Below the pieces are notes generated by a model. It did not search any database and was not told the origin of the DNA. It was given only the letters and a program-made list of their open reading frames with translations. Shown piece after piece: positions 53,575 to 64,000 of a DNA stretch of 64,000 nucleotides; position 1 is the first letter of the stretch, and each line of letters begins with the position of its first letter. Source of the DNA: Trypanosoma brucei. Lineage: Eukaryota. The stretch lies in contig CP000070.1 in assembly GCA_000002445.1 (NCBI GenBank), positions 1,152,001 through 1,216,000 of the forward strand. The letters run 5' to 3'. The position numbers were made by a program, and so were the translations under genes.

Positions 53575-55707
53575 TCATCCATTCTTCTCGTTCGTTTTAC
53601 CACCCAATGTGCGAACCCGCCTGAGGAGTGCCCCTGTGCGGGCGAACTGCTGGTCAAAAGCTGCGCTATTGGCCACGTCTCGGACAACACCACAGCACAA
53701 CTCCACTGTGTTGGAACATCTCTCACTGCACGCTAAGATGGCTGTCGGACTCTCAAGGGACGACAGAAGTTCAGACAACACCCGCGCACCACCCTGATGC
53801 AACCCGCTACCTTCATCTACCATGGACTCCAAACACGCGAGTAGAGAGGCAGGAACATCCCTCTCCTCACACTTGCTATTACAAAGCCACAAAAACAGCT
53901 CACCTGCGATAAGAGTGATGCCGTTCTGCACTTTATTATTCTCTGGAGTAAAAAGAGAGAGCTCCATGGCCGCTAGAGCAGCTGTATAAACACCTAAAGA
54001 GATCTGCCTCGAACAGGCATCGCTGTCCTTATCACACACATTCGAATTAGTGGAAGCGATATTCTCTTCTTTGAGGAGTCGCAGCAACCGTCTGCATAAC
54101 CTCAGCGCCTCCACAAACAATGGGCGGCTCACGGTCTTGTCCATTAGTACCGTTGCAAAGCACCGGTGGCGCAGGAGGCGTAATTTGAGGATATACTTCG
54201 AGAACTGTAAGCCCACCGAAGTATCCTGGGGCAACTTGTCCACCTCCTTTCCCAAGACCACCGCAATATCGACACATTTCCGAAGTGATGCGAGCTCGTC
54301 ACTCTTCTTGCACCTCGACAGTCGACATTGCACAGCCACATTCAAGTGTGCTCCGCAGAGCAGCTCCCTCAAACTTGCGGACACGAGCGTGGTGACCATC
54401 TTCACACTCTTTCCGACGCTCTCTTTGCCGGTTTCTCTTAGCCATCCTTTGGCAAGGGATAAAATACCATCTTCATTGTTTACGTAACCGACCTCAACTC
54501 TTAGTTCGCCAAGGCGTTGCCTCCACTCGCGGAGCACAAGAACCTTCGGTCCCGCAACACGAGCCGTATCGGTTGGTTGCTCTGACCTCATTAAAACTTC
54601 AGCGTATGTCGGTTTCCGCTTTCCTGACCTCTGTGGTGCCACCAAACCCGCACTCATAGTGCCATCGGTGCCCTTTCCTCCACGCAGCTCCCCTACCGCC
54701 CCCTTCGCATCCATTTCTTGTGCAAGAGCAAACTCAACTGTGAGGTTCCTCGGAGAAGAGGGATCGGACTCCCCTTCCCGCTGGCGTTTCAACTTCGGTT
54801 GCAACGTTGGTGGCTCTGCGTCGGCAGAAATAACGTGAGCCGCAGGGGTAAACCGTGGAATGTCCGCATCAGCAGCTTTTGCCGCGGGCTCTCGTTTGTT
54901 ACTTCCAGACTCCGCTCTCGGCGATGCTGCGGCCGTCTTTCTACATTCTTCCTTTCTCCGTGCACCTGCTATGGCAACTTGAAGTGTACCTCCGCCACGC
55001 GATACAGCGTCCTCCACGAGACCCTTTAGGGGTAGTTCTTCAACTACGCGCCAAGCAAGCGTGGAACCAGCCCTCAAATCGCTTACACCTTCGACTTCGG
55101 CAGCTTCAACCACGCCCCACTGCAATCGCCACACCCGCGCGGCATTAAAAGATGTGCGACCTTTGATTTGCTCTCCGCGGAGCAGTGATACCACATCCAC
55201 CCATGTTGCCTCCGCCGCTGCAGCGAAGGCGATGCCGGTGCCAGAAGGGGTACGGGCTCCAGGACAAATACACTGAAAGCTTATGACATCCACTTCGTCC
55301 GCGGAACGCACATTTGTAGTTAAAAGGAAACTGCACAAAAACCTACTACTGGTAGATATCAGTTGAAGTCGTTGTGGGCTGACGAAACGAGGAACGAGCT
55401 GAGCACAAGGCTGTGGTCCTCGGGGGTTTGTTAGGCCGCAATCATAGGATTCCACAACGAACGGACAGATGCCTGATGCACCAGTCAACCCGGTGTGCTT
55501 CACCAAAATCTCATGCCCTCCATTTCTCCCCTTCTTTGCGATTACTCGTGGTGACTGCTCGGCATTTGAGGGGAGCGTGCACTGCCACATGCCTGATGAA
55601 GGCGCTTTAATAAAACCGTCGCCGCTAGAGCACCCGCAGTTCTCGAATATGTGGATCCGGGGCATTGTCAAATAAGGGGCGTTCCAAATATGCCTGCAAA
55701 GTGTCAA
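53575..55707 (-). CDS. Hypothetical protein, 710 aa
   Basis: Complete minus-strand ORF. No motif recognised. The true start may be a downstream Met. Confidence 0.5.
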   Translation of the reverse strand: MTLCRHIWNAPYLTMPRIHIFENCGCSSGDGFIKAPSSGMWQCTLPSNAEQSPRVIAKKGRNGGHEILVKHTGLTGASGICPFVVESYDCGLTNPRGPQPCAQLVPRFVSPQRLQLISTSSRFLCSFLLTTNVRSADEVDVISFQCICPGARTPSGTGIAFAAAAEATWVDVVSLLRGEQIKGRTSFNAARVWRLQWGVVEAAEVEGVSDLRAGSTLAWRVVEELPLKGLVEDAVSRGGGTLQVAIAGARRKEECRKTAAASPRAESGSNKREPAAKAADADIPRFTPAAHVISADAEPPTLQPKLKRQREGESDPSSPRNLTVEFALAQEMDAKGAVGELRGGKGTDGTMSAGLVAPQRSGKRKPTYAEVLMRSEQPTDTARVAGPKVLVLREWRQRLGELRVEVGYVNNEDGILSLAKGWLRETGKESVGKSVKMVTTLVSASLRELLCGAHLNVAVQCRLSRCKKSDELASLRKCVDIAVVLGKEVDKLPQDTSVGLQFSKYILKLRLLRHRCFATVLMDKTVSRPLFVEALRLCRRLLRLLKEENIASTNSNVCDKDSDACSRQISLGVYTAALAAMELSLFTPENNKVQNGITLIAGELFLWLCNSKCEERDVPASLLACLESMVDEGSGLHQGGARVLSELLSSLESPTAILACSERCSNTVELCCGVVRDVANSAAFDQQFARTGALLRRVRTLGGKTNEKNG

Positions 55708-55967
55708 TGTTCCTTTAAATCACCTCTTCTGCGTGGAGGTAGATCTGAGTCTTAAGGTATTATTGGAGTTGAATAAGTAACAAAGGGAGAAGAAAGTGTG
55801 TAAATTCGGAAAGACACAAATGGGCAAAAAGAAAATAATAAATGGGGTCCGCGGAACCATCACATTCGCCGCTGGTCACACCTCTCCCCTAACAACCTGT
55901 GTCTCCCACACACACTTTTTGGCTGCATCGCCACGTTCGGCGGCACACAATACTGCAACAACCCACG

Positions 55968-56984
55968 CTAGGATGACTCCATAACGACGGAGTGTTGGAG
56001 CAAGAAATCCAGAAGTAACTGCGGGTAGTGGTACCGGAAAACAGAAAGCGGCATACTGTACAGACCTCGTCCACAGGCTCCACCCCTGGTGTCGTTGCTT
56101 GATTTCCCGCTTTCTGCCTCTGACCCATCGGGAATAAAATACTGCACAACCAAATGCTCGGCAAAGTTTTGAGTGCCTTCATGTTCAGAAGCAACCCCAC
56201 GGTTCTTCTTTCTCTCCTGCTCTGTGGGTGGCTCACAAGCCGTAACACTCCTGGTTTTCTCTGCTGCAACCACCGAGGCTGCAGGGGTAATGCTGTGAAT
56301 CTCGACACTCGAGGCATCGCGGCATAAGTCTTTGGCACAGCCCAGCTCAAAGTTTTGTGCGGCTGGAGTAGGATGTGCCCCTTTCATACACGAATGTTTA
56401 AGACTGACCGCGTGGCGTTCGCTCCACTGACGTTCCAGAAGTAAAGCGGACTCATACGAGTCCTTACACCTAAGTTGGCGATGACATTTCTTTTTCTTAG
56501 CAGAGTTAAGGTACTGAGAGGAAGATTCCTGAAGTGACCACTCTCCCAAGCCTACAAGAAACGCCTCATCATCCCCATCGTCTGCATCGGAGCGCTTTCC
56601 ATTGGCAGCACCGCTGCTCACAAGTACACCGAGCTGCGACCTCAATATGTCCCCCTGACGTTCATAGTTTCTACATCTCTTTCTCGTCCATTCTGCAAGT
56701 TCGCGCTGTGTGGTCTCGCTCTCAGATAAATCTGTATCCAATACGGCCGCAAATGCGTGAGGAAACAGTTTACTGCGGAACTCCCATGTGCTTGTGGTCC
56801 TGTTCACCGGACTCTGCGCTTCTACGCAATACTCGAGTGCACTATCATCAGGGTTGGACAACGGTTCATTTACGCTACAGACTTTTGTTTGGTGGATGGA
56901 CATGAGTTCCGGTTGCAACTGATTGTTGTTGATGCGATTGAATTTGTAACTCTCCAGCTGGTCCTGCTCGCGACTTCTTCGCAA
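55968..56984 (-). CDS. Hypothetical protein, 338 aa
   Basis: Complete minus-strand ORF co-directional with the unit. The overlapping alternate-frame ORF at 55889..56350 is rejected. Confidence 0.45.
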   Translation of the reverse strand: MRRSREQDQLESYKFNRINNNQLQPELMSIHQTKVCSVNEPLSNPDDSALEYCVEAQSPVNRTTSTWEFRSKLFPHAFAAVLDTDLSESETTQRELAEWTRKRCRNYERQGDILRSQLGVLVSSGAANGKRSDADDGDDEAFLVGLGEWSLQESSSQYLNSAKKKKCHRQLRCKDSYESALLLERQWSERHAVSLKHSCMKGAHPTPAAQNFELGCAKDLCRDASSVEIHSITPAASVVAAEKTRSVTACEPPTEQERKKNRGVASEHEGTQNFAEHLVVQYFIPDGSEAESGKSSNDTRGGACGRGLYSMPLSVFRYHYPQLLLDFLLQHSVVMESS

Positions 56985-57560
56985 CCTCTGCTCAGACCAC
57001 TTTTTTTTTTTTCCAGATCAATCCCAACTAATCAAGAAGGTGCAGGGGAAAAGATCCTCCTACTTTCTTATTAGCGGCCTCACTAACGCTGTACGGGATA
57101 TAAATACACTCCACTTGCGGAACCCCTTTTTATGTGTGCTACAACAACCTAAGAAGAGCAAGGTTAGCCACTGTGTATATAATCAACATTTCAAAAGAAG
57201 AGAGCACGATGTAGTTGTCGTAACGAAAAAGAAGTCTCACAGTACGAGGACTTCCTCACAGTTAAGGTTACCTCGAAAAATGACCTGGAGGTTATCCACC
57301 CACCCCCTTTTCATACCCTTCTGCGCCATACATCGCATTAAATGTGACTACAAGCACCGTGGTGCATAAACAAAACCTCTGAAGTCCACAGCCCCATGCC
57401 CCGTTTGGTAATACTCCCCCCCTCTGACATTTTGCCGAGCCACTCATCAGCGAAATGTCAAAAACGTATCAAAAAATAAGATTTGGACCTCCTCCAACGG
57501 TACGAAAAACATAAACGTTGACATGCAAAACTAGTAAACTGATGGAACGAAGAAATCACC

Positions 57561-58112
57561 CTACAACAGCTGGACGGTGGCGCCAAGTTTTTCAAACAGC
57601 CCCTTCAGTTTCTCGGCATCCTCTTTGCGCATATTCGTCTGTACTAATCCCGGACACTTCTCGATTGCGTTCTTTGCATCAGCAATGGAAAGGTTTGTTA
57701 CCGACCGAAGTTCCTTTATCAACTTTACCTTAATATCGGGAGCATACTTCTCAAGTTTGACGTCAAAAGAGGTTTTTTCGACTTTCTTCTTTTCAGTCTT
57801 TGGTGGTTCAGCCTCAGTAGCAGACGCCCCACTGGGGGCCGCTCCCGCTGCTGCAGCAACCGGGAATGCCACTGCAGCGCCACCACCGCCTCCACCCCCA
57901 AGTCCACGAAGTAATGCCTTTTCATAGAAGTCGTCGCTATGGCCAAGTTTCTTGAAAACAAGTCGCTGCAGGTCCGACAATTCCTTGAGGGTGAGTTGTG
58001 AGTATGTTGCAGCCAACTCTTCCAGTTTCGGCTTATCAGCCTTGCCACCACTACAGAATCGAGATGAAAGCGCGCCACAGCGCACAGAAACACCACACAG
58101 TACCCGCCGCAT
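57561..58112 (-). CDS. Mitochondrial ribosomal protein L7/L12 (bL12m), 183 aa
   Basis: The C-terminal domain FDVKLEKYAPDIKVKLIKELRSVTNLSIADAKNAIEKCPGLVQTNMRKEDAEKLKGLFEKLGATVQLL matches the bL12 C-terminal domain. It also has a Gly/Ala-rich flexible hinge and an N-terminal Arg-rich presequence (MRRVLCGVSVRCGALSSRF). Confidence 0.7.
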   Translation of the reverse strand: MRRVLCGVSVRCGALSSRFCSGGKADKPKLEELAATYSQLTLKELSDLQRLVFKKLGHSDDFYEKALLRGLGGGGGGGAAVAFPVAAAAGAAPSGASATEAEPPKTEKKKVEKTSFDVKLEKYAPDIKVKLIKELRSVTNLSIADAKNAIEKCPGLVQTNMRKEDAEKLKGLFEKLGATVQLL

Positions 58113-58747
58113 CTTACCAACGTTGTCGTTATATCACAGCTATTTCTAAACTCCTTCTCCTTTGTTATTCAAGTTTTCCCCTGGTTCGCCACTAACCACT
58201 CGCTACATGAATAAAAAATGATGCGAAAAATAGTAGTAACAGATGAGTTCACGCAGCTCGCCGCCCAAAAGTAAGTAATGATGCAATGTTGCACAGTATC
58301 CAGTTTTCTTTCAATCATGCATCTCTCCACCCTCCGGCCTCCCTTATTTCCAAACCACGTCACCCTTTCATCCACCACAATAACCACACACTCCAACATA
58401 TTTCCGGCAATTGGTGGTGGTTGAAAAATCGCAATCAAACAAAGACTATATCCATTCACAACTACATCCAACACTCTTCCCCCCCCGTCCTCTCCACTAC
58501 TCAGACAAATGTGTACATACACACATCGCAGAGAAGTGACACTACGCAGTCACGAGCAGAGGAAAGGAACTTCTTACCTGCCAAATGAACCCTTTCCTTC
58601 ACTACCTCTCCACATATACAGCAACCAACGAAACACACTCACACGCACACGCACACACTCACCCACTTTATGATAATAAAAGACAGAACGCAACCACCAA
58701 AACGGGCCCACAGACTTACCCTTCCCATCCATATGAAATAAATTCGG

Positions 58748-60232
58748 TTATACTTTCTCAGCTCTACGCAAGTCATAAACTGGAGGAGCCACATCCTGCT
58801 CCACTACCTCATTGTACATGTGTGGACTCCAGCTAAGCAAGTGTGGATAAAAGATATAATTTTGTCCACTGCGCTCGCGCTGCACGCGTTTCGAAAGACA
58901 TCTTTCGATACTCTCTTCCGAAACTACAATTTGAGTACCATCGATTAACTTCAAGTATTGTAGCGTTCGCATGACATCCGCTTCCGACATGAACGTTGCT
59001 TGCACAAGATAGTCCAGTGTGACGCAGTGACTTTCCTCAATCGCGCGAGCAAGGGTTGAAACGATCGTGTCGCCCCAGTATCCCAGGTAAAGCTTCTCCC
59101 CCAGGTCGCTCAGCGGCTTCTCAGGTGAGCCTATTTTCCCCTCGCGACGAGACAGTTCATAGCTAAGTTCAATGAGAAACCGCCCTATCCCACGACTCTG
59201 GAACTGTGGCAGTACGAGTATGCAAGAGAGATTGTACATCTCCGGTGTCGTCTTCTCTTTGCTGAAGTAGCCAAGCACTTCCAAACCATGTGGTTGTATA
59301 CTGCAGAGCACGTAAAACAGAAAGGGCGTCATGTCATGATCAAGAGCTTTATGGTCAAGGAACAGTTTGGATAGAAGGGCCAAGTGCTCGCAAAATGTGG
59401 GCTCAGCTACTCCATCAATCTCTACCACGGTGAGATTCCGTATGGGATCGCGATATATTTCATTTCCCGGTGGAAAGCGGGAGCAAACTAGACGGACGTG
59501 GCGCAACACATCTTCATGTTCCGAAAAGGGCTGTAAGCAAAAGGGACATATATGAAGCACAAAAGATGTAAAAGCAACGGAAGAACGCAGAGCATTATCG
59601 CGACTATCTTGGCGCAGTTGTAGCTCCATGTCACCTGTGAAGTATTCTGCGTTCTGCTTGAAGCCTTGCTGCACCTGCGGTCGCGCAAGATGGTACGGCG
59701 AGAAGTACCACGTCTCCACTTCATATGGGCCCATGCAAATACGTTGAACATTCTTCGGTCGATAAAAAAACGAACTCTCCTTCCGCGTTCTGGTAGTTGT
59801 TACCTTATCACAATTTGGTGTCGCACCTCGCTTTGCTGCGGAACCTGCCGTAGCGCCGTTGGATCCACTCTCCTCCTGCTCTGCCACCAAACGGCTTTGC
59901 CCACGCGTGGTGATGCCGCAGCCTGTTGGCTTACTCACCTGCTGTTTGTCCGCCTGCCGGCCTTGTCTCCGCTCCCTCAATGCGCTACCGGGGAGCCAAC
60001 GGTCCATGCGACTGTCCTGTTCCACGTAGTGAACGTAGTACAGAAGCTGCCCCGTGTGCGCATCATGTGCAACCTCTTGTATAATAGCGGCATGAAATGT
60101 TTCGTGGAGTGTCGCATAAACCTTCTGCCGCACCTCAAACATTACCATGTCCAAAGGTGTGACACCTGGTTCTTTCTTCCTGTAGGTTCCCCTCTTCACT
60201 CTGTGGTCCGATAACTTTGGTTTCCTCGCCAC
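58748..60232 (-). CDS. MYST-family histone acetyltransferase, 494 aa
   Basis: The acetyl-CoA-binding core LSCILVLPQFQSRGIGRFLIELSYELSRREGKIGSPEKPLSDLG is near-identical to the MYST consensus. It has an upstream C2HC-like zinc finger (CPFCLQPFSEHEDVLRHV) and an N-terminal chromo/tudor-knot-like segment (YYVHYVEQDSRMDRWL). Confidence 0.8.
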   Translation of the reverse strand: MARKPKLSDHRVKRGTYRKKEPGVTPLDMVMFEVRQKVYATLHETFHAAIIQEVAHDAHTGQLLYYVHYVEQDSRMDRWLPGSALRERRQGRQADKQQVSKPTGCGITTRGQSRLVAEQEESGSNGATAGSAAKRGATPNCDKVTTTRTRKESSFFYRPKNVQRICMGPYEVETWYFSPYHLARPQVQQGFKQNAEYFTGDMELQLRQDSRDNALRSSVAFTSFVLHICPFCLQPFSEHEDVLRHVRLVCSRFPPGNEIYRDPIRNLTVVEIDGVAEPTFCEHLALLSKLFLDHKALDHDMTPFLFYVLCSIQPHGLEVLGYFSKEKTTPEMYNLSCILVLPQFQSRGIGRFLIELSYELSRREGKIGSPEKPLSDLGEKLYLGYWGDTIVSTLARAIEESHCVTLDYLVQATFMSEADVMRTLQYLKLIDGTQIVVSEESIERCLSKRVQRERSGQNYIFYPHLLSWSPHMYNEVVEQDVAPPVYDLRRAEKV

Positions 60233-61076
60233 CTATTTGTCACCCATAAAAAAACAACAGACGATGTTAGCGCGCACGACCACGTGGAGTTGTAAATTTT
60301 AACCAGATAGGGTGGAGAAGAAAGAACGTTTTTTTTTTTTAAGTCCTAACGTCGCAGGAACAAGGCGAGGTAACAGTGACGGTTGATAGGACTGCATCAC
60401 AACACCAGAGGTAGTACATCATCTATGTATGCACGATGCACCGCCCCAAGGTAGTGATGGGGTCCAAAATTTAATATTTCTCCTATTTGTTTATTGATTA
60501 TTTATACCAATGCCGACCTTTAATAGCCTGAGCTCCCCAACCTTCACACATCCAATCGGGTAACGTTGTGTTTAACTCATATTCTGTTTAATTCCCCTCC
60601 ACATACAGACATACACACACACACACATATATATATATATATTACACCATTTCCACCCACCTCACATCGCGCTTTTAATAGTTCATACGATTATTTTCCT
60701 TCAAATTTCTCTATAAAGAAATCCCTCTCCCATTTACCCACGCGATCTTTCGCGAGGAATAAAGGGAGATACAATATGTGTATTTCTGTACCCGAGTGTG
60801 CGCATATGTTTGAGTTCAACTTTTAACTTCTCTTTAATTTATTTGTATTCGACATACATATTGTTTTTGTGCACATCACTTCGCAGAAGCAAGGAGAATG
60901 TACTTTCCGAGGCATTGTTTTTCTATTTAGAAGTCATACACGTGGCAGAGAAGCCAAATAAAGTAAAAAAAAGAAGTAAACAAAGGACCCAATTGTAATA
61001 TTAACTCACGCCCACACTATTAATGATAATGAAATGACAAATAAGATAAGATAAAGAGCGTGAAAATAAGAAGGTT

Positions 61077-61109
<33 letters not shown>

Positions 61110-62650
61110 TTACAAGGATTTTTCCCCATCCTTTTCCTTCGCCAATATTAAATCATTACAAAAGACAAGTAAACGTTTCTGCTTTATGTCCTTACCAGTA
61201 TTTAAATTCTCGGACTCGTTCAATTTCTCGTTGCATTCCCTTCGCTTCTGTCAGTTCACCTTCTGCTTTCTTTTCCTTTCCTCCCCCTTTCTCTCCCTCT
61301 TACTCATCCTTTTCACAAAACATAACATAACAAAACCATAAAACCGTTGTGTGAACCGAAATGAATAAACACCCGCGGATACCTTACAGTACCAAACGGC
61401 ATTCCGTACAAAAACAGCAAATACTGCGAAATGTCACCATCAAACGAACACACGACAAAAGGAAAAAAAGAAAAAAGGAGAGTCAAGGAAGGAAGAAAAG
61501 GAATGGGACAGATTCTACAGAAAGGAAACAGCACAATATAAAATGAAAAAAAGAAAAAACAAGCCCCACACCCGGTTAGTCCGAGATAATCTTTGTTCGA
61601 AGAGTAAAACCGCGATTGTGACATGCGCAAGGGAAAGGAACGGGGTTGAATGGTCTACATACATTGTAACATTAAATGGGGAGAGTAGTCGGCGAAAAAT
61701 GAAAAAAAAACAAATGAAGCAACAGCAAAAACAGTAGCCGTAGCGACGGAAGTGCTCTTGAGAAAAATATAGTTCAGTTGATCATGGGGGAAGGGATGTA
61801 TGCAAACTTGAAGGCACGCGTGGATATACGCACACGAAACTTACAAACAAATACAAAAATCATGCATACACATACATCGCGACAAAGGTGAAGTAACCTC
61901 CCGCACCCTTTTTCTTTCTTTTTTTCTTCTTTGTTGAATTCATTACCGGTTCTACTTCATTCTCCCACGCGAACAGAACCTCACCTTCCGCCTCCTCGCT
62001 TCGCCTTAAAAACCTAAAACTTTCCTACGAATTACCCATTTATGTGTGCACTGCAGCGCTTTGACCCTCATTCTTATATTCATATGTATACATATATTTT
62101 TAAATTCTGCTCCTTCCGTTTTTCAAGACAAAAGCAGAGCCTCAGAACTTATGTACCTCTCATCCGTGCCTACAACCATTTCATCTTTTTTAAAACTTAG
62201 TTTTATTTTCCCTTTTCCACGCTCGACCACCAGCCTGCACTACCAGGAGCCGCTGCGCTCTCTCAACCAAAAAAAAAATAATAATAATAATAAATAAAAT
62301 TATATATATATATATATCTTTTTTTCATTTTAAGAAGGAAACTCGATATCGACCTTCCAAAACAAAAACAAAAACAAAAGAAACACACAAATAAACGTTT
62401 GCGACTTCCTCCTCCCTCAACCACACACATACCCGCACCTTTCCCTTACCTCGTCACCAATACTTAGCTACATAAGCTGTTCACACGTTACCTGCGGTAA
62501 CCTCGGCCCCACGCACAGAACCACGCAGGTCCAAATGACAGATATATTTTGATGTGTTTCTTTTTTAAAAAAGAAGGATTCTCGTCGAATACCGGAGACA
62601 TGCGATTTGTCGCTGGAAAGAGGGCGGTGAAACGCCCTTTCTCGTCCTCC

Positions 62651-63724
62651 TTACGCGACATATTCTACGATATCCCGTAGCGCCTTGAGGAACATTTCAT
62701 TGTCCACTTTAGTGATAACATTGCAGTTGCGCCAGCGACCCTTTTTCGCCATGGACTGTTCCGTGCCATACCAATCGATGCATGTCGCCCCCCTTGTTTC
62801 CCTTCCATGCAATTCGACAGTTACGTATGTGAGGAAGCTGTCGAGTACACTTTCGGGGCGGATGGCAACCAGCACAGCTACAGCGTCCGGAACAACGCAC
62901 GTAACATCTTGCGTTGCCTCAGCGTCACCGGTGTCTGCTCTTGTGCCATCATCGTGAATACGAGTGAATGCCTCCAAACGCTGAAACAGTTTTTCAATAA
63001 ACTCCTGCCATTTGTTTTGATTTACCGCCACGCGGCCATTGGGAGTCAATTCTCTGTTCACCAACTTATCATAAAACCCCCACGTCATGGGGGAGTTAAC
63101 AGTTACCTCCCAATTAACCAACTGTACCGGACACTTCCACCCCTTGTGCTGCAGCACCACGACCCCCGCTTCCGGATCGCAGTGGCTGTTAAACTCAGCC
63201 GCCATGTTGGAGTTGCCCTTGCTTTCACTGGTGCCGTTCATGATGACAATGCCAGGTATCGTATCTGTCCCAAGTTTGGAAAACAAATCGGGGTTCAAAC
63301 GAAGGGCCAATGCCACATTTGTAAGGGGGCCCAACGCAACCAACTGGTACACCACATCATCTGACGGCTCTGCCTCCTCAAGTATTTTCAGTATCTCCAG
63401 TGCGGCATGTCTTTTAGGTTGAAGAGCCACACGCTTAGATGGTGGAAATCCCGCATCACCAAAGCCGTCCGAGCCGAAGCCGCCCCACTGCACAGTCTCC
63501 CGCTCCCCCACGAGGGGTCCCTCTGCCCCACGAAAAAACGGTATATCTGCGTCATACAAATCCAGAAGTTTGCCGATATTTTCCATACCTTGGTTAACCT
63601 CCACATTTCCCCACACAACAGTGATGGCAATGACTTCCACATCAGGCTGTGTCATAGCCAACATGATGGCTATGGCATCGTCACCGCCACAATCGGTGTC
63701 GATGATAAGTTTTCGATGAACCAT
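62651..63724 (-). CDS. Inosine-uridine-preferring-type nucleoside hydrolase, 357 aa
   Basis: The N-terminal aspartate cluster IIDTDCGGDDAIAI is the nucleoside-hydrolase fingerprint DxDxxxDD. The length is typical of the family. Confidence 0.85.
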   Translation of the reverse strand: MVHRKLIIDTDCGGDDAIAIMLAMTQPDVEVIAITVVWGNVEVNQGMENIGKLLDLYDADIPFFRGAEGPLVGERETVQWGGFGSDGFGDAGFPPSKRVALQPKRHAALEILKILEEAEPSDDVVYQLVALGPLTNVALALRLNPDLFSKLGTDTIPGIVIMNGTSESKGNSNMAAEFNSHCDPEAGVVVLQHKGWKCPVQLVNWEVTVNSPMTWGFYDKLVNRELTPNGRVAVNQNKWQEFIEKLFQRLEAFTRIHDDGTRADTGDAEATQDVTCVVPDAVAVLVAIRPESVLDSFLTYVTVELHGRETRGATCIDWYGTEQSMAKKGRWRNCNVITKVDNEMFLKALRDIVEYVA

Positions 63725-64000
63725 TATTTAATGTATCGTCCAAACAAAAATGTCAACTCTAACGATGAATATCAAGCAGTACAAAACAAAAAAGAGAAGA
63801 GAAGAGGAAAGAAATCATATGGAAGCTCCTTGTCTTTCCTCTTCTGTCCCTCTTGACCCGTCTACTTCCCAGTTTCTCCGCTTACGTTAGGCAGAAGTAT
63901 CGTTCACCGAAGGGTCTTAATCAAGCTGAAGTTCCTTTACGCTGATTAGCCAATCTTTACAAATACGGTAACATCCACCTGGAAAACAAAAATAATGTAT

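Noticed and set aside
55889-56350. Minus-strand 153-aa ORF overlapping the 3' part of CDS 55968..56984 in another frame
   Set aside because: It is an alternate frame of a longer co-directional ORF, and there is no independent support for it.
12867-63364. Numerous plus-strand ORFs of 100-220 aa embedded in the long minus-strand genes, for example 12867..13247, 17030..17419, 41699..42049, 43572..44072, 47850..48344, 52166..52825, 54050..54487, 59666..60214 and 62807..63364
   Set aside because: They sit antisense to motif-bearing CDSs, have skewed composition and no recognisable domains. Long antisense ORFs are expected opposite GC-balanced coding sequence.
1-64000. Search for a prokaryotic-style defence or mobile-element system (toxin-antitoxin, restriction-modification, integrases, transposases, inverted terminal repeats)
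   Set aside because: The sequence is a eukaryotic (kinetoplastid) nuclear region. No transposase, integrase, reverse-transcriptase or terminal-inverted-repeat signatures were seen, and the gene content is housekeeping.

Overview
The window looks like a chromosome-internal nuclear region of a kinetoplastid, most like an African trypanosome (Trypanosoma brucei group). Every supportable protein-coding gene (about 25) lies on the minus strand, so the window reads as one co-directional polycistronic transcription unit with no strand-switch region. It is eukaryotic, so there are no operons, CRISPR arrays or prokaryotic defence loci. Intergenic regions are long (0.3-2.4 kb), purine- or pyrimidine-skewed and low-complexity, with (TA)n, (TG/CA)n and (AAT)n microsatellites. 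Genes recognisable from motifs are: threonine synthase, a bromodomain factor, an inositol polyphosphate kinase (PxxxDxKxG and SSLL motifs), a proteasome alpha subunit, a Rossmann-fold NAD(P)-binding protein resembling epimerases and NmrA-type proteins, a protein with four CCHC zinc knuckles, a VWA-like protein, a HIT/HINT hydrolase, a PX-domain sorting-nexin-like protein, an IQ/coiled-coil protein, a tryparedoxin-fold protein that lacks the CXXC active site, mitochondrial ribosomal protein L7/L12, a MYST-family histone acetyltransferase and an IU-type nucleoside hydrolase. Several large hypothetical proteins are also present. One of them (1405 aa) carries about 9.3 near-identical 171-bp in-frame tandem repeats. 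I found no rRNA or tRNA genes. I could not map trans-splicing or polyadenylation sites by eye, so all UTR and start-codon assignments are approximate. I see no clearly novel 'system'. The unusual items are the Cys-less tryparedoxin paralogue, a duplicated intergenic hairpin-bearing element, the 171-bp coding repeat array, and an unlisted partial minus-strand ORF at the window's 5' edge.
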